64,000 bases of DNA, from positions 2,976,001-3,040,000 of the forward strand of contig CM075991.1 in assembly GCA_038087875.1 (NCBI GenBank), read 5' to 3'. Below, piece by piece: positions 22,413 through 33,870 of this stretch. Under the pieces are notes generated by a model. That model worked only from the letters and a program-made list of their open reading frames with translations, did no database searches and was not told where the DNA came from. Made by a program: the position numbers and the translations under genes. The stretch's first letter is position 1, and each line of letters opens with the position of its first letter. This DNA is from Malacoraja senta (Eukaryota).

Positions 22413-23793
22413 CAGGCACGTGCCATCAGGGTAGGCTAGGTAGGCACTGCCTACCCTGACTAAAATTATAAAATGGTAATAACTAAATATAAATAATAAA
22501 GGCATGGGAGAATTATGCCTATCTAAGAGATCGATCTCTTAGGTAGGCATAATTCCCCGTGCCTTTCATCCGCAGTACTTGCAACACGCGAAGGTCTGTG
22601 CAGCCCACGTGCCGTCAGCGCTGCTGGAAGGCGTCAATTTCAAGGGAGCTGAAGGCAGCTGAAATTCTGCCTTTGCAGCACTGCGCATGCGCTGGTTTCT
22701 TGGCGGGGTTTTCAAATATGGATTGTCAATATTTTAAGTGTATCTTAGGAAGCAAAGAGAGAAGAATGGAGTTTGTGTACCAATGATGTGGTAAGTACAT
22801 TTTGTGTTTATGTTTTTAAATACCATATTTCCCTGGGTGTGGGGGTGGGGGGAGAGCTCCTTTAACAGCGTTTGGGGAGTCTGGCCCGGGGTAAAGTTGC
22901 GGGGAGGGCACAAATGTTATGAAGGAGGGATCGGGATCATGTCACTTGCGACGCTCCTTGCACAGAGGCGTGCAATGCCACCGCATTGAGGCCGGGGGGA
23001 GAAGTAGCTCGGGTGGCTGTGAGCGGCCGCCGGGCCGGACAGCGGAACCAGCCGCCACCTTAGCTCCTTCTGCCGTCCCCCGCTCACCTCTGGCAGCTCT
23101 CCGTCTAAAAACCTCTCTCCTGCCGCTCGCTGGCCTCACTCATGTCAGGTTGAGGTTGAGGTTACTTGGCTGTGGGAATTTAAGGATTTGCAGGAAGCCG
23201 CTGACATGAGCGAGTGGCAGGTGAGAGGTGTTCAGACGGAGAACACTGCCAGAGGAGAGCGGGCCGGCAGAAGGCGTTGAAGTGGCGGCCAGTTCAGCTG
23301 TCAGCTCCCGGCGGCCGCTCACTGCTCCCCGAGCTGCTTCTATCCCCGGCTACAATGCGGTGGCGCCCAGAGGGCTGCAGCAGCGGTGAGTGCATTACTG
23401 GCATTATACCCGACCCCCTCCTTCTCAACACTCCTGCCCTCCCCGCAACTTTACCCCTGGCACAGACTCTCCACACGCTGTGAAAGGAACTCTCCCCCCA
23501 ATTGGTCCCTTGAACAAGTGTTGTCATTCAATAAGTGTTGTCATTCAACTTTTCCCTGTACTCCTGTTTTCCCCACTATCTCTCTACCTGCCATCACCTT
23601 TCACCCCCTCACTCCCCCCAAATACAGTAATTCAGAATAAAGGAGACTTGGAAGCCTTGGGCAAATTGAATTGTTACTGTCATTATTAATATTTTTTATT
23701 TTTACGGAGAGAACAATCTGTGCATCCGCGGTTTCATTAAAAAAAAAGCTGACTGACTGCCTACCCTGAGTAATCACTCACGGCATGTGCCTG
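22413..23793. mobile_element. Non-autonomous hAT-like DNA transposon, 1.38 kb
   Basis: TIRs CAGGCACGTGCC / GGCATGTGCCTG; perfect 8-bp TSD ataccttg at 22405-22412 and 23794-23801; no transposase ORF. Confidence 0.9.
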
Positions 23794-23961
23794 ATACCTT
23801 GCTATACGTGACAATAAATCTAAATTTTGTGGTGATCCCTACCCTCTCTGCTTCTCCACACTGAGTTCGGCTACAAAAATCATGTCAAGGTATGGAAACG
23901 AAAAAACAGGGAATTGCAGAACTTTAAAAATATACAAAGGACACATATAAGAGAGACAAGG

Positions 23962-24395
23962 GTTACTTGAAGTTAGAGAAATCAATACTCATACCGCTGG
24001 GTTGTAACCTGCTCAAGCTAAATATGAGGTGCTCTTCCTCTGACAGTGGAGGAGGGCCAGGACAGAAAGGTAGGTGTGGGAATGCGAATGTGTTTAGCAA
24101 CTGGGAGATCACGTGGGCCCAGGTGGATTGAGTGAAGGTGTTCAGCACAACAATAGCCGAGTCTGCGCTTGGTCTTGCCAGTATATAGGAGTCCACACCT
24201 TGAGCAGTGGATACAGTAGATGAGGTGAGTGAATCCCTGCCACACCTGAAAGGACTGTCAACGTCCTTGTATGGAGTTGGGAAAGGAAATTTAGGGACAG
24301 GCATTGCATCTCCTGCGGTTGCAGGGGAAAGTACCTGGAGAGGGGATGGTTTGGGTGGGAATAGATGAGTGAGCAGAGGGAACGGTCTCCACAAA
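23962..24395 (-). mobile_element. Penelope-like GIY-YIG fragment
   Basis: LIYCIHCSRCGLLYTGKTKRRLG...; HLIFSLSRLQPSGMSIDFSNFK. Confidence 0.85.
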
Positions 24396-24822
24396 ACATA
24401 TTGTTAAATGTGAAACCAAAACAATAAATGCTGAAAATATTCAGAACATCACCTGAATCTGAGAAAGGGGAGACAAAAGGTCTGAAGAAGGGTCTGGACC
24501 CAAAACGTCACATTCCTTTCGTCTGAAGAAGGGTTTCGGCCCAAAACGTTACCTATTTCCTTCGCTCCATAGATGCTGCTGCACCCGCTGAGTTTCTCCA
24601 GCATTTTTGTGTACCTTCGATTTTCCAGCATCTGCAGTTCCTTCTTTAACACATTCCTTTTCTCTGTCTGACCCGCTGCACTTATTACAGCTTTTTGTGT
24701 CTATCTATGGTTTAAAGTAACATCTGCAGTTCCTTCCTACACAACAAAGTCATCTTTGTCTAACAGTGAGGCTGTAAGAGAATGCAGCAAGTGACAGATG
24801 CACGGTCATCAGCACTGTTGAG

Positions 24823-24851
24823 CAAAGATACTAGATCCTCTAATATCTTTG
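24823..24851. mobile_element. 29-bp mini-element CAAAGATACTAG...CTAATATCTTTG with 8-bp TSD
   Basis: ctgttgag at 24815-24822 and 24852-24859; terminal inverted repeat matches 11/12. Confidence 0.78.
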
Positions 24852-24946
24852 CTGTTGAGTAGGCAGGACGTTGAGTAGGCAGGACAAGCCCGAATAACTT
24901 GCAACACTGCCCCCTCCGAGAACAAGCTGCACTACAAAAGGTTCGA

Positions 24947-25048
24947 AGTCAGATGGGTGCTGTGCCCAAGTCGTAACGAAAGAGGGCGGCACATGTCACG
25001 CATGCGCGTGAGCAAACCCATTCATCATGTTTCTGAACCAGAAAGGAT
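24947..25048 (-). ncRNA. SNORD13: U13 box C/D snoRNA
   Basis: Minus strand reads ATCCTTTCTGGTTCAGAAACATGATGAATGGGTTTGCTCACGCGCATGCGTGACATGTGCCGCCCTCTTTCGTTACGACTTGGGCACAGCACCCATCTGACT. It has box C ATGATGA and box D CTGA, and the 5' ATCCTT..GGTTCA and internal GTTACGACTT segments are antisense to the 18S rRNA 3' end. Closely resembles recalled human U13, which also maps beside TTI2/RNF122. Confidence 0.93.
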
Positions 25049-25090
25049 CGAAGAACCTCACTGTGAGCTGGAGGATGTTGAAGACGAACC

Positions 25091-25108
25091 CGTTTAGGGT
25101 CAGGGTGA
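25091..25108 (-). promoter_or_regulatory. snRNA-type proximal sequence element (PSE) of U13
   Basis: TCACCCTGACCCTAAACG at -60 to -43 from the U13 5' end. Confidence 0.8.
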
Positions 25109-25229
25109 AAAGAACAAAATCAATTTTTAAAAAGTGTTTATTTTCGAAAATTCTTCATTTATTCGAATTGCGCTGGTGATCTGCTTGTTTTGTTCATAAA
25201 AATACAACTCACAAGCGAGCTGTTAGATT

Positions 25230-25237
25230 ATGCAAAT
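25230..25237. promoter_or_regulatory. Octamer (distal sequence element) of the U13 promoter
   Basis: ATGCAAAT at about -185 from the U13 5' end. Confidence 0.72.
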
Positions 25238-25909
25238 AGATACATGACGGAATACAGTGTCGCCCAATGATAACTCGAGCGCCTGTATCCGCACAGTACT
25301 TGGTCCAACAGAGCCAAGCAATGCAACAAGCCTGAGTTTCATTTGTATGGCGCCTGTAACCAGGCAAATGTAATATTAGAGGCGCGTGAGAGAGGAAATC
25401 ACTTTTTTTAAAGCATTTTAAATGAGGGAATAGCCGAAGTTTGGCCGTGATGACTGAAGAGATTGAGGGTTTTAAAAGATTTCAAATATCTTAAATAAAG
25501 TTATTTCCAATGGGGCTGATGGAAGTCTGATATAAACATGTGCAGACCTTTGCAGGGAGGTTATGATTAGATGAGAATTTTGACTTTCAAGTAGTAATTG
25601 TCAAAAAATTAAAAAGATAATATTTTGGGTAATAATCAGCAGATTACAGTGCTGTCTGTGTGGTTTAGTTTAGTTTAGTTTAGAGATACAGCTTAGTTTA
25701 GTTTAGAGAAACAGGCCCTTTGGCCCACTGAGTCCGCACCTACCAGTGATCCTCGCTCATTAACACGAGCACTACGAACAATTTGCATTTTTACCAAGCC
25801 GATGAACCTACAGTACAAACCTGTACGTCTTTGGAATGTGGGAGGAAACCAAAGATCACGAAGAAAACCCAAGCTGGTCCCGGGGAGAAGATACAAATTC
25901 CATACAGAG

Positions 25910-27430
25910 TAAGTAAGTACGTTTATTGGCCAAGTATTCACATACAAGGAATTTGCCTTGGTTCTCCGCCCACAAGTAACAACATGACATACAGTGGCAG
26001 TTACGAATGACTCAGAAAACACTAAACATTAATAATAATAAAACGTTAATGATAAAACACCATTGAGCAAGCATGTGAACCAACAAAATACCAGATCAAA
26101 GGGAGGCTACAGATTTTTGGCTGTTGAGCAACCACTCGTGGATAAAAACAGTTTTTATGTCTGGCTGAGGCAGCTTTGACAGACCGGAGTCGCCTTCCAG
26201 AGGGAAGTGATTCAAAGAGTTTGTGGCCAGGGTGGGAGGGGTCAGAGATGATCTTGCCCGCTCGCTTCCTGGCCCTTGCAGTATACAGTTCATCAATGGA
26301 GGGAAGGTTGCAGCCAATAATCTTCTCTGCTGATCGGACGATTCGCTGCAGCCTCCAGGTGTCGTGCTTGGTGGCTGGGCCGAACCAGACCATTATGGTG
26401 AAGACTCTACGATGGCTGTGTAGAATTGGACCATCATTGCCTGTGGCAGATTGTGCTTCCTCAGCTGCCGTAGGAAGTACATCCTCTGTTGTGCTTTCTG
26501 ACTGCGGAGTCGATGGTAGCCCCCCACTTAAGGTCCTTGGAGATGATGGTTCCCAGGAACTTAAAAGACTCCACAGATGTGACTGTTGTGTTGTTGATGG
26601 TGAGTGGGGTGAGGGGAGGGGGAGCTCTCCTAAAGTCTACAATCAATTCCACAGCCTTAAGAGCATTGAACTCTAGGTTTTTGCGATGGCACCAGGACAC
26701 CAGTTGTGACACTTCCTGTCTGTGGGCAGATTCCTCCCCATCCTGGATCAGTCCAATCAGGGTTGTGTCGTCCGCAAACTTGAGAAGCTTGACAGAGGTG
26801 TCTGTGGAGGTGCAGTCGTTGGTGTAGAGAGAGGAGAGGAGAGAGTACGCAGCCTTGCGGTGCTCCTATGCTGAATGTTTGCGGGTCCGAGATGTGCTTT
26901 CCCAGCCTCACATGCTGCTTCCTGTCAGGCACAGTCAACTCGGAAAGTTTGGAGTGTAGTAGCTCTGGCACAATGGTGTTGAATGCAGAGCTAAAATCAA
27001 CAAACAGGATCCTGACGGTCTAGGTGCTGTAGGATGAAGTGCAGGCCCAGGTTGACTGCATCATCCACAGATCTATTAGCCCGATATGCAAAATGCATAG
27101 GATCCAGCAGGGGGATCGTGATATTTTTCAACTTGGCCAGCACAAGTCTTTTGAGTGTCTTCATGACTACAGAGGTCAGTGCGACAGGCCTGTAGTCATT
27201 AAGACAAGTAAACTTTCCCTTTTTGGGTACAGGGACAATAGTGGAGACTTTGAAGCAGGCAGGGACAGTACATGTTTGCAGGTTGAAAATGTCTGTATAG
27301 ACCGGTGCCAGCTGTTTGGCACAGAGCTTAAGAGTAGAGGGGGAAACATTGTCAGGTCCTGGAGTTTTTCGGCTTTTTTGTCTCATGAAAAGCCTCTCCA
27401 CCTCCTCTATTTTTATTGTTGATATTGGAT
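25910..27430 (-). mobile_element. Rex1/Babar-type LINE fragment, frameshifted
   Basis: [64 protein letters not shown]. Confidence 0.88.
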
Positions 27431-28821
27431 AAGTGATGTTGTGCAGCACAGAGGGTGTGGGTGATTGGGTGTGAAGTGGTGATTGGAGGGGGGTGGGTGT
27501 AGAAGGGCCCAGTCTTTGCAGACTGAGGTCAGGCAGTGAGTGGGGGTGAAGTGTTGGTTGGGGTGGGAAATGGTCCAGTCTTTTCGTACTGGAGTCTTGC
27601 CTTAAGTAGGTGTGAAGTGGTGAATGGGAAGGAGAGGGTGCAGGGTCCATTCTTTGTAGACTGGGGTCTGGCTGTGTTGGTGGGTGGTGGGTGGTGGGTG
27701 GTGGGGGGGGGGGGGGTTGCATGTTCTCCCTATGACTGCACAGGTTTCCTCCAGGTGCCTTAGTTTCCACCCACATACCAAAAAGTGCAGGTTTGCACGT
27801 CAACTTGGCTCTCTACATTACTCCTAGTTGTATATTGATTGAATGATTCAAAGATGCATCATGGGAATATGTCCTTTGGCCAGAGTCCATGCTGCATGAT
27901 TTGATTGCATGATATGCATGCATGCATGGTATGATTTGACTGGGTACCAGGCAGAAGAAGCTTTTCACTGTGTCCTAATTCACATGACAATGATAAACTA
28001 AATTAAACTAACAGAGCATTGTCAAACGATCTCAGGGCCAGCAGATTACATCGATGCTCTACATTCCTGTCACATGCAGTCATGGGAAGTGGTGGAGCAT
28101 TAATCAGCTCACAAGAGCAGGAGGCTCTAGAAATATTCGCAATGATCATGGGTTGAAAGACAACACTGAGAATGTTACAGTCATCTTCAGCCAAAGGCAG
28201 CAAAGATCCGTCTCGACTTAGTCCTGAGCTCTACACCACCCAGAAGCCTCTTCAGCTCATTCCATCCAAAAGTCAAGTGAGCCAAGAGTGTTTTATTGTC
28301 ATGTCCCAGATAGAATAATGAAGTATTTACTTGCAGCAGCACAACAGATATATATATATAGGCACACATAATACACGTAAAAAACAAACAAACAATAATA
28401 GTGCAACAATAACAATAATAGTTATGTAGTTCAGAGCTTATTTGAGGTGGTAGTGTTAAATAGCCTGATGGCTGCAGGGAAGAAGCTGTTCCTTAATCTA
28501 GACGTTACAGTTTTCAGGCTCTTGTACCTTCTTCCCGATGGCAGGAGTGAGATGACAGCGTGGCCAGGGCGGTGTGGGTCTCTGATGATGCTGGCTGCCG
28601 TTTTGAGACAGCGACTCTGGTAAATGCACACTCCACATGGTGTCAAGAATTGGCTGAGCGCACAATGATAACAGGACTAATTTGCATCTCTGCTGAAGTA
28701 CAACATATCTGGGCTCCAGAACCAGAGTTACCTCTGGCCAAGGTGTTCCAGTATTTACAGCACAACAATGTGGAATATTACCAAGATATGTTCTAGTCAC
28801 AGTTTAATGTCCTATTTATGG

Positions 28822-29140
28822 CTGCACAGTGGCCTAGCTGGGAGAGCCACTGCCTCAGAACAAGAGAACTGAGCTCAAGTGACCTGACCTCGGGTGCTGT
28901 CTATATGGAGTTTGCATGTTCTCTCTGTGACCTCGTGGATTTCCTTCGGGGGCTCCGGTTTATCCCTACATCCCAAAGACGTGCAGGTTTGTAACTTAAT
29001 TGGCTTCTGTAAATTGCCCCTAGTGTGTAGGGAGTGAATGAGAAAATGGTATGACAAAGAACAAGTGTGAATGGGTGATTGGTGGTTGGCATGGACTTGG
29101 GGGGGTGAAGGGCCTGTTCCCAAACTGTGTCTCGAAACCT
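28822..29140 (+). mobile_element. tRNA-derived V-SINE
   Basis: V-SINE body as at 58978. Confidence 0.75.
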
Positions 29141-29389
29141 AAAAAAAAAACAGGACAAATCTAATCTGGCAAATACACCAACCAATCAGTCTGGTCTCAA
29201 ACGGCAGCAATGGAGTGCCTTCAACACCACTGTCACTGTCCTGAGGTGGAATGCTGTGATTGAGGGTAAGTGCTGAGGCTTGGGCTCAAGAGGCTTCGGC
29301 GAGGAGACAGAGCAGAGGGTGAAGGGAAGATAAGGTGAGGTCTTGTTAATTTTCTTCTCCTGTCTTAGTGCAGTTGCGATGGCTGTGGG

Positions 29390-29955
29390 GGCAGTTGTTT
29401 GTTCCTCATGCAGGATGTAAAAGATCAAGGACACCTGGTGACTACACCTGTGGGAAGTGTGCGGAGTCGTGATAAACCACATGAAGGAACTGGAGCTGGA
29501 GACGGACGACAGTTGCATTTTTACATGGACGATGTCGCCGTCTTCTGCTCGGATCCAGGGTCAGTCCGCAGATTGATCAGCATCTGCGACCAGTTTGAGT
29601 CGGCAATGGAAGCCAGGGTGAACCGCAGGAAGAGCGATGCCATGCTCTTTGGTAACTGGCCCGACCGATCTTCTGTCCCCTTCACCATCAAGCCTGACTT
29701 CCTGAAGGTGCTGGTGATCTGGTTTGGGGGAGCTAAGGCGTGTAATGAGAATTGGCTGGAGCGGATAGCCAAGGTCAGGAGAAGACTGGGTTTGTGGAAG
29801 CAGCATTCCCTCAATATAACGGGGAAATAATTTTCAGGTGAGGTGTTCTTGTGGCTGCTGTAGACGCACGTGTGGCCCGCTCATATTCCACAGAGATCAC
29901 CCGGGCTGTCTTCCAGTTCACCTGGGGGTCAGATGGGCCAAAATGCACAAATCAA
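29390..29955 (+). mobile_element. L1/Tx1-clade reverse transcriptase fragment
   Basis: YMDDVAVF...FESAMEARVNRRKS...LKVLVIWF...NWLERIAKV...LWKQHSLNITGK. Confidence 0.78.
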
Positions 29956-30344
29956 GAGACAAGACAAGAGACATTTATTGTCACATGCACCAATTGGTCA
30001 GTGAAATTTGGGGTCACCATACATCCATACGAATAAAAAGAGAAGAACAGAACACGATAGTCTTTAACATAAACATCCCTAACACAGTGGAATCAAAGTT
30101 TCCCACTGTGAGGAAAGGCCCAAAGTTCAGTCATCCTCCTCTTTGATGTTCACCCGTGGTCGGGGCCTCCCGAAGCCCCCCGCAGTCATCGCTACGATGT
30201 TCAGGCCCTCTCGCCGGGATGATGGAACTCCGATGTCGGAACGTGAGAACATCCTCAGCAGCTTGGACACAGGCCGAACTGAGTGGAGATTCACGCTGGC
30301 AGCCCTCGGCAAAGGGATCCCAGGACTCCGCGATGTTGAATACA

Positions 30345-31220
30345 ATTTAAAATTTTACATAGATTATATTATTCGAAAACTAAAATTCATAAAATTTTCC
30401 CAAATGTATCATCCATTTGTGATAAATGTCAATCCCAAGAAGCTACTATAGCGCACTCATTCGTTTTCTGTACAAAAATTCAAAAATTTTGGAATGAAAT
30501 TTTCGAAATCTTTACAAAATTATTTAAAATAAGACTGATACCCAAAGCAGAATGGATTATCTTCGGAATAACGGAAGATGGTCCGGAACTAAATGTGTTT
30601 CAAAAGAAACTAATAGACTATGGGTTAATAACTGGAAAAAAGCTAATTCTAAAATTTTGGAAGAAGGCTCCAATACCAACTATAAACATGTGGATTTCAA
30701 ATATGTTCGAAACATTACACCTAGAAGAGATAAGACTCCTCCTAGCAGGTAAACCAGATCACTTCCACCTGACGTGGTCTGCATTTATAGAATTATTACA
30801 AATATAGGGTGCAAAGGTACCTTAAAAAAAAAATTTGAGGTCAGGTAAGGGGGGATGATAGTTGAAGAGTTGGTATGTCCCATTTGCGTAATGCTCATAA
30901 AAATATTTGTTTCTCTCTTTTTCCTCTTTCTCTTTCTCTTTCTTTTCTAGGGTCTATTTCTTAACTCTTTTTCTTTTGTTTTTAATTTTGTTCTTATAGG
31001 GTCTTCGTCCTTTTTTGTTGTCACATTTTCTACACTTTCACTTTTTCCTTCACTTTCTTCTTTCTTTCAATCTTTTCCTTTTCTAGTGTAAAAAACAAAT
31101 GGAAGACATTAATTGTAAGAAGACATAAGTGACGAGTACTAATGTATGTGGTTGTAATGTAATGTACTTCTAATAAATTAAAAAAATAAATTAAAAAAAA
31201 ATAAAAAATAAAAATAAAAA
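30345..31220 (+). mobile_element. L1-clade LINE 3' end with 3'UTR and poly(A)-rich tail
   Basis: LITGKKLILKFWKKAPIPTINMWISNM...TWSAFIELL*; AATAAA and A-rich tail at 31172-31220. Confidence 0.8.
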
Positions 31221-31849
31221 TGAAGTCAGCGCCGCCCATGCTGGAAGCTCTACAAACCACAGGTCCACAATGTTGAAGTAGCAAGTCCAACACTCCGGAG
31301 CTTCAAACGGTGATCCCAGGTAAGGCATCGCCCGCTCCATGGTGAATCTAGTGCTGCGCCGCTGCTGAAGCTTTGGCCGGTCCCCGGCAGGAAAGGCCGC
31401 GCCAATCCAGTTGGTAGGCTGCGAGGGGGGGGGGGGGTGGCGAGGGCGCGACTCAGAGAATAGTCGTATCCTCGCCAGGAAGTGACTGGGAAACGGTTTC
31501 CCCCTTACCCTACCCACCTCCCCCACATAGAAATACTAAAGAAACCTCCACAACATACTTTTTAAACAGACTAAAAATTAAAAAAAGATGGAAAAACAGA
31601 CAGACTGTAGGCAGAGGCTGCCATCATGTGGCGCCCCTAGCAGATAACAGAGATAAAAGCGTGCCCAACATCGCCCTCATCCTGATGGCCACCTTCTTGT
31701 GTGGTTCATTAGGCTGTGTGTAGAGCCAAAGCATATGGGCAGTCAGTGTCACTACCTGTTGAGTTTCTATCTGTCCCTGGTGTTGTGAAGGATGGGCCTG
31801 TGCCAGTTAGCTGGACATTGCTGCACCATCTGTCCTTGATGCTATCGGG

Positions 31850-33870
31850 TTAGATGGGGTGTCATTTATGAAGTGTGTTCAGGAAAGTTTTCTCAGGCAA
31901 TATGCAGAGGGAGAGGGCAATGCTTGATGTACTCTTAAGAAACAGGGCAGGGCAAGTGCCTGAAGTGTCAGAGGACGAGCTCTTTGGAAACCAGTGACAA
32001 CAGTTCTATAAGTTTTTAAATAGTTATGCAAAAGGACAGAACTGGTCGACAAGGTAAAGTTTTAAATTGAGTCAAGACGAGTTTCAACGATGTTATTCAG
32101 GAGCTTCAACGTTCAAGGTGAGTTTATTGGCACGTACCAATCAAGGTACAGTGAAATTCAGATTGCCATACAGTCATACCAATAAAGAGCAACAAGACAC
32201 CCAAATACATTTTGAACATGAACATCCACCACAGCTTCCCTTCTTTGTTCTCCCCGCGGTCAGGGGCACTCAAACCTTCGTTGTCGGGCGATCTTGGCTC
32301 CCGCAACTGGCGGTCGAACCCTCCGCGTCGGGGCGATCAAGCTCCCGCATCGGGGGGCTCTCAGCTCCCCGCGCCGGGCGATCAGGAATCTTGAGTCGGG
32401 GCTGGTCGAACCTCCTGCGGCTTGGAGCTTCCCAACATCAGTCTCTACCCGAGACGGCGAGTTTGTCGACGTTGAAATTCGCAGACCTCGGTTGGAGCGT
32501 CAATCCCTGGCGAGGGATCGCAGGCTCCGATGGTAAGTCCACAGCCCCGCATAGTCAGTCTCGAGCAAGGCCGCCAGATCCATGATGTTAGGCCGCAGAG
32601 GGACCGGAGATACGATCTGGAAAGAAATCGCATCTCCGCAAGGTAAGAGATTGAAAAAAAGTTTCCCCCGACACCCCCCCACCCCCCACATAAAACAAAC
32701 CAGAGAACATGAACACATACGTTTTAAAACACATTAAAAATACCAAAAATGACGAAAAGACAGACAAACTGAAGTCGAGGCTGCTATCGCCCACGGCGCC
32801 ATCCGGATTGGAGTAGGTTGTTTGCAGACAGGTCTGACAAGTCGGAGGCTTTCAAAAGTGAGATAACGAGAGTTCAAGGTGCACAGGTTCATGTTAGAGT
32901 GAAGAGAAAGGCCGGCAAGAGATGACAAGAGATATGAAGGCTCTGATCAGTAAAAGAGGCCTGGGTCAGGCAGTTGGGATCAAGTGAATACCAGGAGTTG
33001 TATCAGTGATGCAGGATATACTTAAGAAGAAAATCAGGAGGGCAAAAAGGGCAAGTGGGATAGCTTTGGCAAGGATTATGACAATCCAAATAAATATTAT
33101 AAGTATATTAAAGGAAAAAGTAACTCGGGAGAGAATAGGACCGCCTCTGAAACCAAATTTCGTTTGAACTTAGGTTCAAATGACAACAAATAAATTGTAT
33201 CATTGTATCATTGTATCAATGTGGACACAAGTGTGTGGAGCCACAGGAGATGGGCCGAGTCCTCAATGAATATATCTCCTCTGCTTCTACCATCGGAGAA
33301 CATGAAGACTAGGAACTCAGCAATGCCTCAGAACTCAAAATAATGGGCTTTTCTTGGGGATAGTCAGCATGACGGAAGAGGAGGTGCTGGCCATTTTTAA
33401 ATGTGTGGAGATATATTAATCTCCACGACCTGATTAGATATATCCAAGCACACTGTGGAAAGCGAGAGAAGAAATTGTGAAGGGCCTGGCTGAGACTAGA
33501 TGAATCATTGTTAGACACAGAGGTGCCAAAAGACCGAAGGGGTGGCTAATGTTGTGTTTCCATTTAGGAAGGGCTGCAACTAAAAACCTAGTAACAATAG
33601 CAAACCGAACATCTGCGGTAGGTAGGAACTGTCGCGGATTCTGAGGGATAAGATGTACAGGAAAATCTGGATTGATTAAGGATAGTCAGCCTGGTTCTGT
33701 CTCTAGGAGATCATATCTCAAGAATCTGAGATATTTTAACCAAGAAGGTACTCAAGGGCTGTAGATCTCTACATGGATTTCAATAACACCATTGAAAAAG
33801 TTCCACATGGAAGGCTGCTCTTAAAGAATTGATCATATGGGGTCTAGAGAGTGGCAGTTCATTGGATACA
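31850..33870 (+). mobile_element. Old CR1-type LINE (endonuclease-to-RT region) interrupted by a GC-rich non-autonomous element at about 32120-32800
   Basis: Degenerate CR1-like nucleotide motifs throughout (agtgacaacagttctataagtttt; gatagtcagcctggtt; aaagttccacatggaaggctg). Confidence 0.6.
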
